Source: Octopus bimaculoides (taxonomy: Eukaryota). Taken from it: a DNA stretch of 64,000 nucleotides. Location: assembly GCF_001194135.2 (NCBI RefSeq), contig NC_068986.1, positions 72,445,414 through 72,509,413 on the forward strand. The letters run 5' to 3'. The notes below the pieces were generated by a model. The model was not told the DNA's origin, ran no database searches, and worked only from the letters and a program-made list of their open reading frames with translations. How positions within the stretch are numbered: the first letter of the stretch is position 1; every line of letters begins with the position of its first letter. The position numbers and the translations under genes are program-made. Shown here piece after piece: positions 12,145 to 24,100 of the stretch.

Positions 12145-15100
12145 TGCTCTATACTATATATATTTTTTTCCAAATTTTGACTCGTGACCAGACCATATAG
12201 TATATATTAACACATAAATGTGGTTGTGTAGCTATGTTTGCTTCCCAATCACATGTGGTTTTTGGATTCAGTCCCCCTGAAAGACACCTTGGGCTTATAC
12301 CTTCAACCAAAGCCTTGTTAGTGGATTTGGTTGATGGAAACTGAGAAAAAGCTCATTTTGTGTGTGTGTCCCTGTCTTGGCCTCATGTTATCTTAGTCAT
12401 ACAGTATTCTCTTAGTCACATTGGCATATCATCAGTCATATTAACATATCTCAATCAAACTGAGGTCATTTTTCAGTCACACTGACGTACTATCACGTCC
12501 TAACTGATAGAACATACCTTTCAGAATGATGAAAATAATAATGAAATATTCAAGATATAGAAAAAAATATTTATCTATTGAGTTGGTATTAGAAATACAG
12601 TTTCAGAAGGAAAAAGTTCTTAGATAAAATGATGAAACTTTCAACTAAAATTTCAAGTTCATTTTCATATAATAAATTTCATTTAAGATACAAACAGTTT
12701 AATATGAGCGGTTCATGGCAGACAGGCAGCACACTGAAGGCTGATCTCCCAATGGCTGGCATTGGAGAGGTTAAACAGGGGTGAAATATCTGAAATAGAA
12801 CCTCAAACTCTAATTGAAATCAGTGAAAAAAAAAACAAATTTGTACACCAAAATAATGTATCCAAGTCAGTTTTAGTTTTTACATCTTTCAAGTCTCTGA
12901 TATGTAGGTTGGTGGAAACTTTTTATCAAGCTAAAATTTATTTGAGAAAGGTAGAATTATATTAAAAATTTCTATTTCTGATCAAAATTGTTGCATCACT
13001 GAATAAAAAGTAAACATCTATACATCTCTTTATGTTTATACCTGAATTGTATTGTTTTCTTTCACAGGGTTCACATTTTGGAGGAGCAGCTCCGGGAGAT
13101 GGAAATTCGGTCTGATGAACAAGTAAAAGTTGAGCAAAGGAAACACAAGGAATATACAGTGTGTATATGCATATATATTTCTTTCCCTATTTTTGATGGG
13201 ACAGAATCTACTATTTACTGTCAACTGGAGTAAGACAGCTTTTGCAAATGTCACCTTTCGCATAGTTGAAGCAATTTAAAAAAATATTTTTGTAAATTGC
13301 TTAGAGTCAGTCAGCCATCATGTTTGTTGTTAACTGTATCTCTTTACAATATTATGTCCCTTTTGAATGATGAAAACAATTTTTAATTGCTATTTTAAAA
13401 TTGTTTTTGTTAGTCTTTTTTTTTTTAAATTTTAAATCCTTGAATTCACCACTTTAATGAATTTTGTGTGCATTTGTGGAATGTGCTCACTGATTGTAAA
13501 CACACAATAGGCTCATTCAAACAGTGTTGTTTGTTTCCAGTTCACTGTGTAACTACGTCCAGGCTGTTCATTGTTTAACAGACGAGAGGATGATTAGCTT
13601 GCTTGGAAACAAGTGGGGGTTAGCAACAAGAAGAGAAAATGTGCCTCAATGAATTCTATCTAACCCATGCAAGCATGGAAAAATCAACATTTAAATGATG
13701 ACTATGATGCTGATATATAAGGAAAGAATATGACAGGCATCAAAAGCCTATCAGTCAACAGCAAATTAACAGAAAATGAGTTTTTAATCAATGAAATTTC
13801 ATTTGCTTCAACATGGCTGAATGAAATCTAAATATTGACTCTAACAAACAGCTAAATGATGCTAACTTGGAGATTTCTAATAATCAAACAGATATTGCAT
13901 TAAAAATAGACAAATTTATTGATAATTTTTCTAGAACACCAACAGTGAAAGTTCTTAATTTTAGTAAAAATAGCTTCCTTCTCACAAGTCCATCTTCAAA
14001 TGTTGTCCAGTCCTATACATCTTGAAAGATTAATCAAAAAATGTTATCTACAAAATAAAGCTGTTAAATAACTGTACTGTGAGGAACATCATATAGACTT
14101 GGGTTTATATTAAATCTAAATATGAGCATGTTTGCATTCGTATACATACAGTGTTTTGTGTGCGTATGACTGACACACATAGGCAATGTGTTCGTGTGTG
14201 CCAAACTGCACAATTTGTGTGATATGTGATACACATATCACACAAAATAACTTTATAAAAATGTTTATTTTGGCTTCTCACATACTAGTTATTTACTACT
14301 AAACCGAAACAATTTTGCACTCGTTTTTATATGTTTCAACCTTGTTTAATTGTTTTGATTCCTAAAAATAATATAAAAATTTTGCATCTTTTTTGAATAA
14401 TGAAAATAGTTTTGAAACTATATGAAGAAAAACTTGACAAAGCAAGAAAATTAAAACTTTTAATCAACAAACAACATATTTATCAATCTGCTGATTTAAA
14501 TGTAAAGTTAGCTTTAAGTTCACCCTAGTTCTGTTGAACTGATTTTAATGTGTGCCATTCATGAAATAAAAAAAAATTCAGCAATATTGAAATGAAACAA
14601 GATACATGTAAATGAAAGTTATTTCCCTTCAGTATGAGTCAGCCTTTTTAATGTCATTGATTATGAGTCACACATGACAAATATCAATCAGTCTTGAATG
14701 GTGATAAAAATGTTATTGCAAATCATTTAAGTAAACTTTGGTCAGTGAAACTTAGACACATGAGTGATACATACCTTAACTTGTATATTTATTAAATAAA
14801 TTAGCTTCTTAAAAGTATGCTTAGTCTATTCTATGCACATGGTGATACTAATCTATCTAAGTACATATACTTCTGTCTCATCAGTTAGCACTACGTTATA
14901 TCAAAAGCTGATCTTATCAGTGGCATACCATAATTTTCTTTGTGGGTTTTGGTCTCTTTTTAAAAAAAATTTTTTTTTATTAATGTTGCTTTATTGTTCA
15001 TTTCTGAATTAATGTAGCAGCTCAAAATAAGAGTTTCTCTTTATGGAATTTAACTGACAATATGTTACTGATTCTGTTTTTATTGTCTTTAAAAAATTGC

Positions 15101-18100
15101 CTTATCAATGCATAGTTTGAAATGCATCTTTATATAAACAAATCTGTGGATTCTCAAAATTTGACATTTCAATCTCAGTATGAGTATTCATTTTTATCTC
15201 TTTTACTTTTTGTATTTGATTATAAAGTTCCCTTTGTTACTTTCATTTCCATCCATCCATCTTTACCATCTGCTATTCCTGAGATGGTGGACTGGAGTTT
15301 CCAGGTACCTTCTCCACAGGATCCAATCAGAAACATCTACTCTCATTTCTACAACAAATACTTTTTTCAAATATTTTAGAAAATCAGATTTCATTTTGTA
15401 AACATTTTTATCTTATCCACTAACATCTTAAAATATGATCTGCATCATTAAAATCTTTGTACTCATTTCAAAGCTGTCATCAAACATTTGAGTGAAGTAA
15501 TTTATCATAGTTTTTAATTCATCAAAGTTAGTAATTATTGATTAACATTGACTTAACCCTTTAGCATTCACATTATTCTCTTAAAAGTAATGCTTTTTAA
15601 ATCGTTTTGTTTTGAATTAATCATGCAGTATCTTGTAGCTCTGAAATTTTGATGAGGCAACTGTTGATTTTTAGAATGATATTGTAGGGTTTTTCTAGGA
15701 GGCCAGATATGGCCAGTTTGAATATTAAACAGGTAGAATACTTTGGCCAGATATACCGGTCTAAATGCTAAAGGGTTAATGAGTGTATTTTAATAAAATA
15801 TTATAAGATATTTTTCCTTACTTTTCATCTAATACATCATTTGATAGAGACAGGTAAGCTGAAGCACTTGTTTGTGTTTAGCACTTATTAGATCTATGTG
15901 TTAAAGCTTATATCATGGTAAATTGGATGGATTGATGTTATACTGACATTAAATCCCTTATATAACCCAACTAAATCTGTTTAGTTGTAGATTAGTTTTG
16001 GCTTTAATCTGTTTATTGTAAGCTTGCTTCTAGTCAGGTTGACATTTAATTACGAAATTGTCAATATGTTTGAAACTCTCCACAACCTATACAGGATACC
16101 GTATCTGGTAACCATTTCTGATATTATTAGACATTTCTTTTTATGAATATTCTTTACTTACTACTCTTTACATTTTATTCTGGCTCTTATTTATTTAAAC
16201 ATGTTTTACAGATATTTCTATAATTCAGGGATTTGTTTTTACTATATATTTTTTTCTTTCACACTGCTTTGTTGGTACATTTTGTGTTTGTATGTATTAG
16301 TGTTTACATATTTGGCTGTATAAAACTTTAAAGAAAACATATTGGTTTAGCTCGTTTTAGATTAGTATCCGTTTAACAAAGAGAATGTATCAGTATAATA
16401 AAATGAATTTAAATTTTAAAGAAAAATAATGAAGAAAAAAACTGTTATTAAAAAGAAGTTCTAATTATTCAGTCATTTATAAGTTCAGGGTTCTCTTTTA
16501 ATTAAGAAATACTGTTATTTTATCAGTATGTAAATTTCATAAATAAGATTACTTCTTTTAAATTAGTAAATGATTAAATGCATATATGAATAAATAAAGG
16601 ATATTTCTTGTAAATTGTTAGTATCTCTATATCATTAGAATATATGTTGTCAGATTGCATATGGGAACATATATTAACATCATGTTATAACTTGTGATTG
16701 CTGTGCTTCATGAAATGACTTTGTTGTTCACATATATTTCATGTGCTATATACACTACTAGCTTTACAAGTTTTTCCCCCATTTGCTTAATTATATACTC
16801 CATTTTATTTTTAATTTTAATCTCAGATAAAACATTTTCCATTTGATATAATAATAAATGAACAAGGAAGTGAATTTTAAATTTTAAATCATTAACCTCT
16901 CCTTTCTTTAAATTAGAGCAAAAAACAGTTGAGCTATTTACTTGCTCTATTCTTCCAAATTAAAATAAAGCTGTTTTTTTTCCTTTACTTTTATGACAAC
17001 ATAAATTTTCATCTTCTTGCATAACGTATTTATTAAAAGCAATATTTTTATAAATAAAGAAATAAATCTTTATGTCAGTACTTTATTCACAAAAAAGATT
17101 TGTTGTAAAATATACAATATATTTTGTCATATTCTAGGGTCGGCATGACCGAGATAAAGCTGAACAGTTACTATACTTAAGTCACAGGTCAGTATTTTTT
17201 TTTTTTTAATCTTTGATATTTAATAGATATATAAACTGAATCATTTAATATACCATGACTTTTGATAGTGCACTATTGAACTTACAAATGAAAGAAAAGG
17301 CTATTGAAGGTAATGGTCCTATGTGGCCTAAGTTGTGATAGCCAAAAGGAATGAAAGAAGCTAGAATGAAATAGAAATACTCAGTGCTAATGTCCACAAT
17401 ACAAGTAATAAGCTTGTATGAATTAAATAGGAATAAATGTATATTGGTTGAAAGTGTGGTTCCTTATAGTGTGACTGGAATGGCAGCAGACATTCTATGG
17501 TTTGATGCTCTTCTTGTCACCAACCCTCTCTTGCTTCAATAAACTCTGTCTGATCAATGCAAGCATGGAAAAAGTGGACACTAAATATGATGATGGTGAC
17601 AAAAGTGCATAGAAATTGTAATGTGTATTTCTGATAGCTTTTATTGCTCTTTAATAGTTATTACAATTTTAACATTCATTGAGTCAGACATTAATATGAT
17701 GGAAACTATTATTTAATTACTTCTAAATTTCCCAAATCCTAATTTTTTATTATAAAAGACAAGCAATAGTTGTGGATTACTGGATAAAATGCCATATATT
17801 TCATAACTTTCTGTAGCATCCTAAATTCAAATCCCTTTAGTGTATACTTCGCCTTGCATGGTCCAGTATCTATAAATCACAGCTGGAATTGATATAATCG
17901 ACTAACCCATCGCCTCAAAATTCCTGGCTTTTACCTAAAATAGAAATCATTAAGAGATGGTGAGCAGACATAATTGTTAACACACCTGACAAAATGCCTT
18001 GTTATATTTGTTCCTACTTTTACATTCTGAGTTGAAATCCCGCCAAGGTCAGTTTTCCTTTTCATCTGTCATGGTTGATAAAATAATGTATCATTCATGT

Positions 18101-21100
18101 ACTGGAGTAAGTGTAATTAATTTACCCCTCCCCTCAGAATTGCTACTCTTGTACCTAAATTAGAAACCATTAAGAAGACAGTTAGAGCTTTGGAAAGAAT
18201 GTTATGTGGAATTTGTACTGGCTTTTTGCATTCTGAGTGCAAGTCCTGCTGAAGTCAACTTTACCATTCAACTTTTCCTGGTCAATAAAATTAAGATACT
18301 AGAATCAATGTAGCCAACTTAACTCCCCACTAAAATTGTTGTCCTTGTGCCAAAATTTGAATGAATTTTTATTAAGGTGGTAAGCTGGCAGAACCTTTAG
18401 CACACAGTGAAAAAAAAAAGTACCTCACAGCATTTCTTCCAGATTTATGTTCTAAGTTCAAATTCTACCAAGATCGATTTTGTATTTCATCCATTCAGGG
18501 TCAATTGAATAATACCAGTTGAGCATTGGGAGTCAATGTAATTTCAGGCTTTATGCCTATAGTAGAAAGGATTATTATTATTATTATTATCATCATCATC
18601 ATTATACCGAGGTCAACTTTGCCTTTCATCCTTTCAGGGTCAATAAAATAAATACCAGTTGAGTACTGGGGTCAGTGTAATTGACTATTCACCTCCCTCA
18701 AATTTCAGGCCTTGTGCCTATAGTGGAGAGGATTATTATTATTATTAGTAGTAGTAGGAGTAGTAGTAGTAGTAATATTAAGGCAACAAGCTAGCACAGT
18801 TATTAAAGACTCATTATGTTTGGTGTTCAAATTCTTCTCAGGTTGACTTTGTCTTCCATCCTTTTGGAGTCTGAGCACTAGGGTTGATACAGTCAACTTG
18901 CCCACTCTTCTTAAAACTGCTGGCTCTATGCTAAATTTTGAAACCATTATTATCATTACTGTTATCAACAGCAATATTTACATGATTAGTTCTAAATATT
19001 TGAAAGGATGTCTGCCAGTTATTCAATTGAAGGTCAGTATTAATTCATATCTTTGGCAGGCCTATCTTAACAGCTATATAGACATCTGAGTAAAGCAATG
19101 CACTAGGGAATCACTTTATCCATATTTAACTAAAGCATACATTGGTTTGCATTCAGCCTCAAAACCTGTGAAGTCCCCAGGGAAATATTCAGTGTGTCCA
19201 TGCATAACGACCGATTTTCAGTTTTATTGAATAGAAAAAAAAGTAAAGTGCCATAATTGAATTAACGGTTACAACTCTGTTTCTGCTATTTATGTTTTAT
19301 CAGTTTATACTGCCACACAAATTAACTGGGTTTTTTCTATTAATACAGGGTGTCCCAGAATTAATTATCTATTTCAATAAAATTAGGCAGATTTAAAAAA
19401 AAAACTGACAGAATTTTACATTTATTACTTAATTATGCATACCAAAACATATAGATTTATAAACCTTAGGTCAAAACTTTATTGAAAATTTTCAACAGGT
19501 TCTCCATCTATATCCCTGCAAATTTCAAAACTGTCCTTAGCATTGCAAAACACATATTGAAGCATTTCAGGAGTTAGCTCCTGCACTGCTAACTGAATGC
19601 ATTCTTTTAAGTTCAGCTAAACTATTGCTCCAATCTGGGGGTGGGGTAGAGAAAATGATTGCAGCCAAATTGAAAAAAAAGCTGTCGTGGACAGATAAGT
19701 AGGTTTCAACAGAAATGAAAATAAAATTATTAAAGGTTGTTTAAGTTATAAAATTATAAATAAAATTAAAAATTTATACACTTTTTAAGATATGATAAAC
19801 ATAAATAAAAGTGAATTTTTTTTTTTTTAATTGTCTGATTTCACTGAAATAAATTGTTAATTCTGGGACACCCTGTATTTTATGTTCTAAGAAATGTATT
19901 TGAATTGAAATGTATAAATAATTTTTATATATATATTTTCATCAAATACATTCATTTTTTTTTTAAACTAGATACTTAGGGAAATGATTGTAACACCTTC
20001 TATTAGTTAACTTAATATTTTTCTGATATCTCGCAGATTACAAGATGTAGATCGACATTATGAAACCACCAAGGAAGAAGCCGCCCGACTTAGAAGTGAA
20101 GTAGAGAAATTAAAATCGGTATGGAGATAGTAACTATATTTTCTGATAAAATAAAGTAAACTCTACCTAATTAATCAAAGGATTAGTTTTAAATAGTATA
20201 TTTGGCTAATATAATTGTTAGCATCCCATGTATTTGTTCAAATAAGAATTTCTCAATTAAATACTTCCTTTCATCCCAGGAACATGAGGTAGTTCTGTAT
20301 GAAGTAATTGTTGTTGTACTATTATGAAACTTGTTGTCATAATGAATGATTGAATATTAGAATGGATTACAGTTGGTGGAAGTGTTTGAAACATACTGGC
20401 ACAGAAAGAAAGTCAAAGAAACTAAACTTTTGAAATCTGATGATGCAGAATGCTCTTGTTCATTTTGGATTATATAATTAACAAAAAAAATACAAAAGAA
20501 TTTCTTTTTCTAAAGAAAAAAAAAACAGAAATTTGAATTTGAGACAATACTTTATTTCTTTATTTAAATGGAAAGAAATATTTGAACAATTTCACCAAAT
20601 CCGATTCTGAAGCCATTCCATGAACTACTTAACTCCAGTTAATTCTTGGTTATGTTTCTCCTCATGGTACTTCTGTTGAATCCTTTCTAAATTCAACAAT
20701 TTCTGTGAGCCTAAAACTGAAACTGCAGAATCATAAATGTGAAGTATAACATTACTGGATCAATTTAGATACTTGTATTTGTTCTGTGATTTTTAAAAAT
20801 GTTGACAGTACAATCATAATAGAAAGTTTTCTCATCTGGCAGTCTACTTTAAACTTCAAATGTTTAAAGGTTACTAAGAACTGACATTGTATCAAAAATA
20901 TTTTTAAATCATTTAAGACTAATATATTCTTATCCCAGAGAAATTATGAAAAAATGTTGGTGCTATATTATAATGTTGCATTGATTTAATGAGGTTGTTA
21001 TTGAATGTGTCTTTTTTTTTATTATATTTCTGGACTGCTAATTATTATATAAATTTATGTTGCTATATATCATATTTGTATAGATGATGTTACATCACAA

Positions 21101-24100
21101 CTACAAAGTTCCTACATTTGATAGTGATACGCTTTGTCAGAAAATACTTTTCCTTAAATTTGTTCTTATAAATTTAATTTACTCTTTAATTTTAATTGTA
21201 TCTAAGTTTTCCAAAAGGTAATTTGTAATAATTAGAAGAAAAGTAGATATTGCTTAAAATTAGTTAGATTTCTCTTGCATTGTAAATATCTTAAAATTGA
21301 GGAACTCTGAATTTACTTTTTTTTTTTAACATTTCTGTGTTATTTGAAGCTAAATAATATATATTTTGTTTATTTTAGGAAAAGTTAGAATTACATGATA
21401 AATTAGCTGAAACTCAATACTCTTATGCCACATTACTGGAAGACAATGAAAAGCAGCAGGCTGAAATGGCAACACAAAGTGACAATTTTGAACATGAACG
21501 TAAAGCAACTGCTCAGGTAGAACATTATTTCGTAACTTTTGTCGTTTCATTGTCTTTCTTTCTGGAATTGGCAGAAACAGTAGAGTGACAGCTAGAATGC
21601 CTCACAGTATTTTTCTAACTCTTGGTGCTTTGAGTTCAGATCCTGCAGAGGTCAGCTTTATATTTCAACCTTGAAAGGTTGATAAAAAATTCCAGACTTG
21701 GGTAATGAATTGGCAGAAATGTCAGATTGGATGACTTGGAGTATTTGTTCTGGTTATTTGCATTCTGACTTCAAATCCCACTGTGACTCACTAGGGTAGT
21801 TTATTTAATCCATTGTCCAGTTGGTTTAACACCATTATTTGGTACCTTGGATATCTTTGTTAGACCAGTCTTTTTGCTACCATTCAGGTCTGATATTCAG
21901 TTTGACAATACCCCCCCCTTCCTTTTCTCTCACCAGACTCAGAGACCCTTTGAAGAGTTAAGGGCACAGCCTTCCCTTTTAAATAAAAGACTGAAAAAAA
22001 ATAAAGTCAATGAAAACAATGAATTTTATAGCTTGCAATAATATTTGCTTCTTTCCAAAACTATAACAATTTTCATGTTGAATTAAATAGCAATGATCAA
22101 CTGTTCAAAATGTTGAACTCTTTAGTAATGTTCTCATTCTGTTTCAAATATTTTGTCCTTAAACAAGATGCTTTCTTTACTTGGTTTTATTTCCCTCATT
22201 AAAAAAAGGGTTTAGTCTTTCTACATTACAAAAAGTATCTTTTAGTGTAGTTGTAAAACAATGTTAGTGTTATAATCTTCTTGAGATAACATGCTGGTTT
22301 ATAACCCTGAAATATGAAGGGTTTCAATTAAGGACTGGTTGTAAGTATGTATGTTATTGGATATATCGTATTAACTTACAAGTAAACCTGAATACAAACA
22401 TGTTGACAAATCAGTTGACCATTAAATGTTGGCAGATGTATGCAGAAGAGATAACTATGTTAGTATGGACATGAAATGCAATGTGAGAAAGATCAGATAG
22501 TAATAGTTACAATGAACCTGAAAATACTGGGATTTTTTATGAGATGCATATAGAGATGATATATTAAAGAGTCATTCTGACAAAATGAAATGCAAAAATG
22601 GTAATTCTCGTGAATCTATGATGAACAATTCTAAATATGTTTTAATTGAATTTGTTAATTATATGATATAATTAGTATTAGACATGAGAGTAATGTCTGT
22701 ATTATAAGATGAACAAGAGCAGTTTAAGGAATTACTTCTTATGGGAAGCCAGCTTTATGATGCAAGAGAAAGCTGGCATTGTATTTTAATTAAAGAATGG
22801 ATGGATTTCTACAAAATAAATGTTTGCAGGAGTGAATGAGCTGAAGTCATTGAGAAGAAATGTTATGATTCAGTCTTACCAACAAATGATGAACATATCT
22901 TTGTGCATTGAGTTCAGATCCTGTCAGGGTCAACTTAACTTTTCAAAGAAAATTAAACTATGTTGACTGATGAACACTTAATGAATGAATGAAAGCAATT
23001 TTATTATGGCTATAGCGTTGGTTGCACTTTTGTAAATATTGATTATAATCATATTCGCTGTATAAATTACTTTGTGTATTAAAGAAACACTTATTCATAT
23101 TTTTACTATATTTCAGCTTCTTGACGAATTAGGGAAAGAATTAAAAGAACTTAGGCAATATAAAATTGAAACTGAGCATATTCGTCAAACACAGAAAAAT
23201 GCATTAGAATTGCCAGACAAATGTCGAGAATTAGAAGAAGAAATAAAGAAATTGCAAGAGGTTAGTATCTTTGAGTGATTTGAAAATGATACTGAGATTT
23301 ACAAAACACTAAAGTGCACTCTATGTTTAAAATATTAGGAATGCAAATATATTTTTTCTAAATATTCTCATTTTTATAAGTACTTAGAAAAATGAAACAA
23401 GTCTTCTTGCAGCAGTAATTTTAAATCATCATCATTTTTATATTCATGTTTCCATACTTGCATAGGTTGGACAGATTTTTTCCCTTTTTCTTTGTTAATA
23501 CAGCGTTATGCCATTTATTCCAGTTCTTTGTCATATCCTCCTTCAGGTTAAGCCTCTTGAAATCAGCGTTTACCGTTTCTTCTTATGTCTACTTTCCCTT
23601 CCACAAATTTCTTCCACTAGATTGCTTGACACCCAAGTAAAGATATATATATATATATTTTTAAAATGGGGAAGGCCAGTTTATGGGATTACTTTAGGTT
23701 TCCCATCCANNNNNNNNNNNNNNNNNNNNNNNNNNNNNNNNNNNNNNNNNNNNNNNNNNNNNNNNNNNNNNNNNNNNNNNNNNNNNNNNNNNNNNNNNNN
23801 NNNNNNNNNNNNNNNNNNNNNNNNNNNNNNNNNNNNNNNNNNNNNNNNNNNNNNNNNNNNNNNNNNNNNNNNNNNNNNNNNNNNNNNNNNNNNNNNNNNN
23901 NNNNNNNNNNNNNNNNNNNNNNNNNNNNNNNNNNNNNNNNNNNNNNNNNNNNNNNNNNNNNNNNNNNNNNNNNNNNNNNNNNNNNNNNNNNNNNNNNNNN
24001 NNNNNNNNNNNNNNNNNNNNNNNNNNNNNNNNNNNNNNNNNNNNNNNNNNNNNNNAATAGCAGCTAAAAAAGCTGAGAATCTCACAGATAGCATCACTTG

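Noticed and set aside
13830-14030. About 64-codon open stretch without ATG (…IDKFIDNFSRTPTVKVLNF…) faintly like a hAT C-terminus
   Set aside because: Similarity too weak, with no termini or supporting motifs.
17762-18955. Regularly spaced repeats that could suggest a CRISPR-like array
   Set aside because: Units are about 200-bp SINE copies with no unique spacers, in a eukaryotic intron with no cas genes.
22330-22900. Purine-rich stretch with a faint YADD-like remnant; similar faint LINE traces at about 10130-10400 and 43950-44380
   Set aside because: Too decayed to support by eye; probably old RTE debris.
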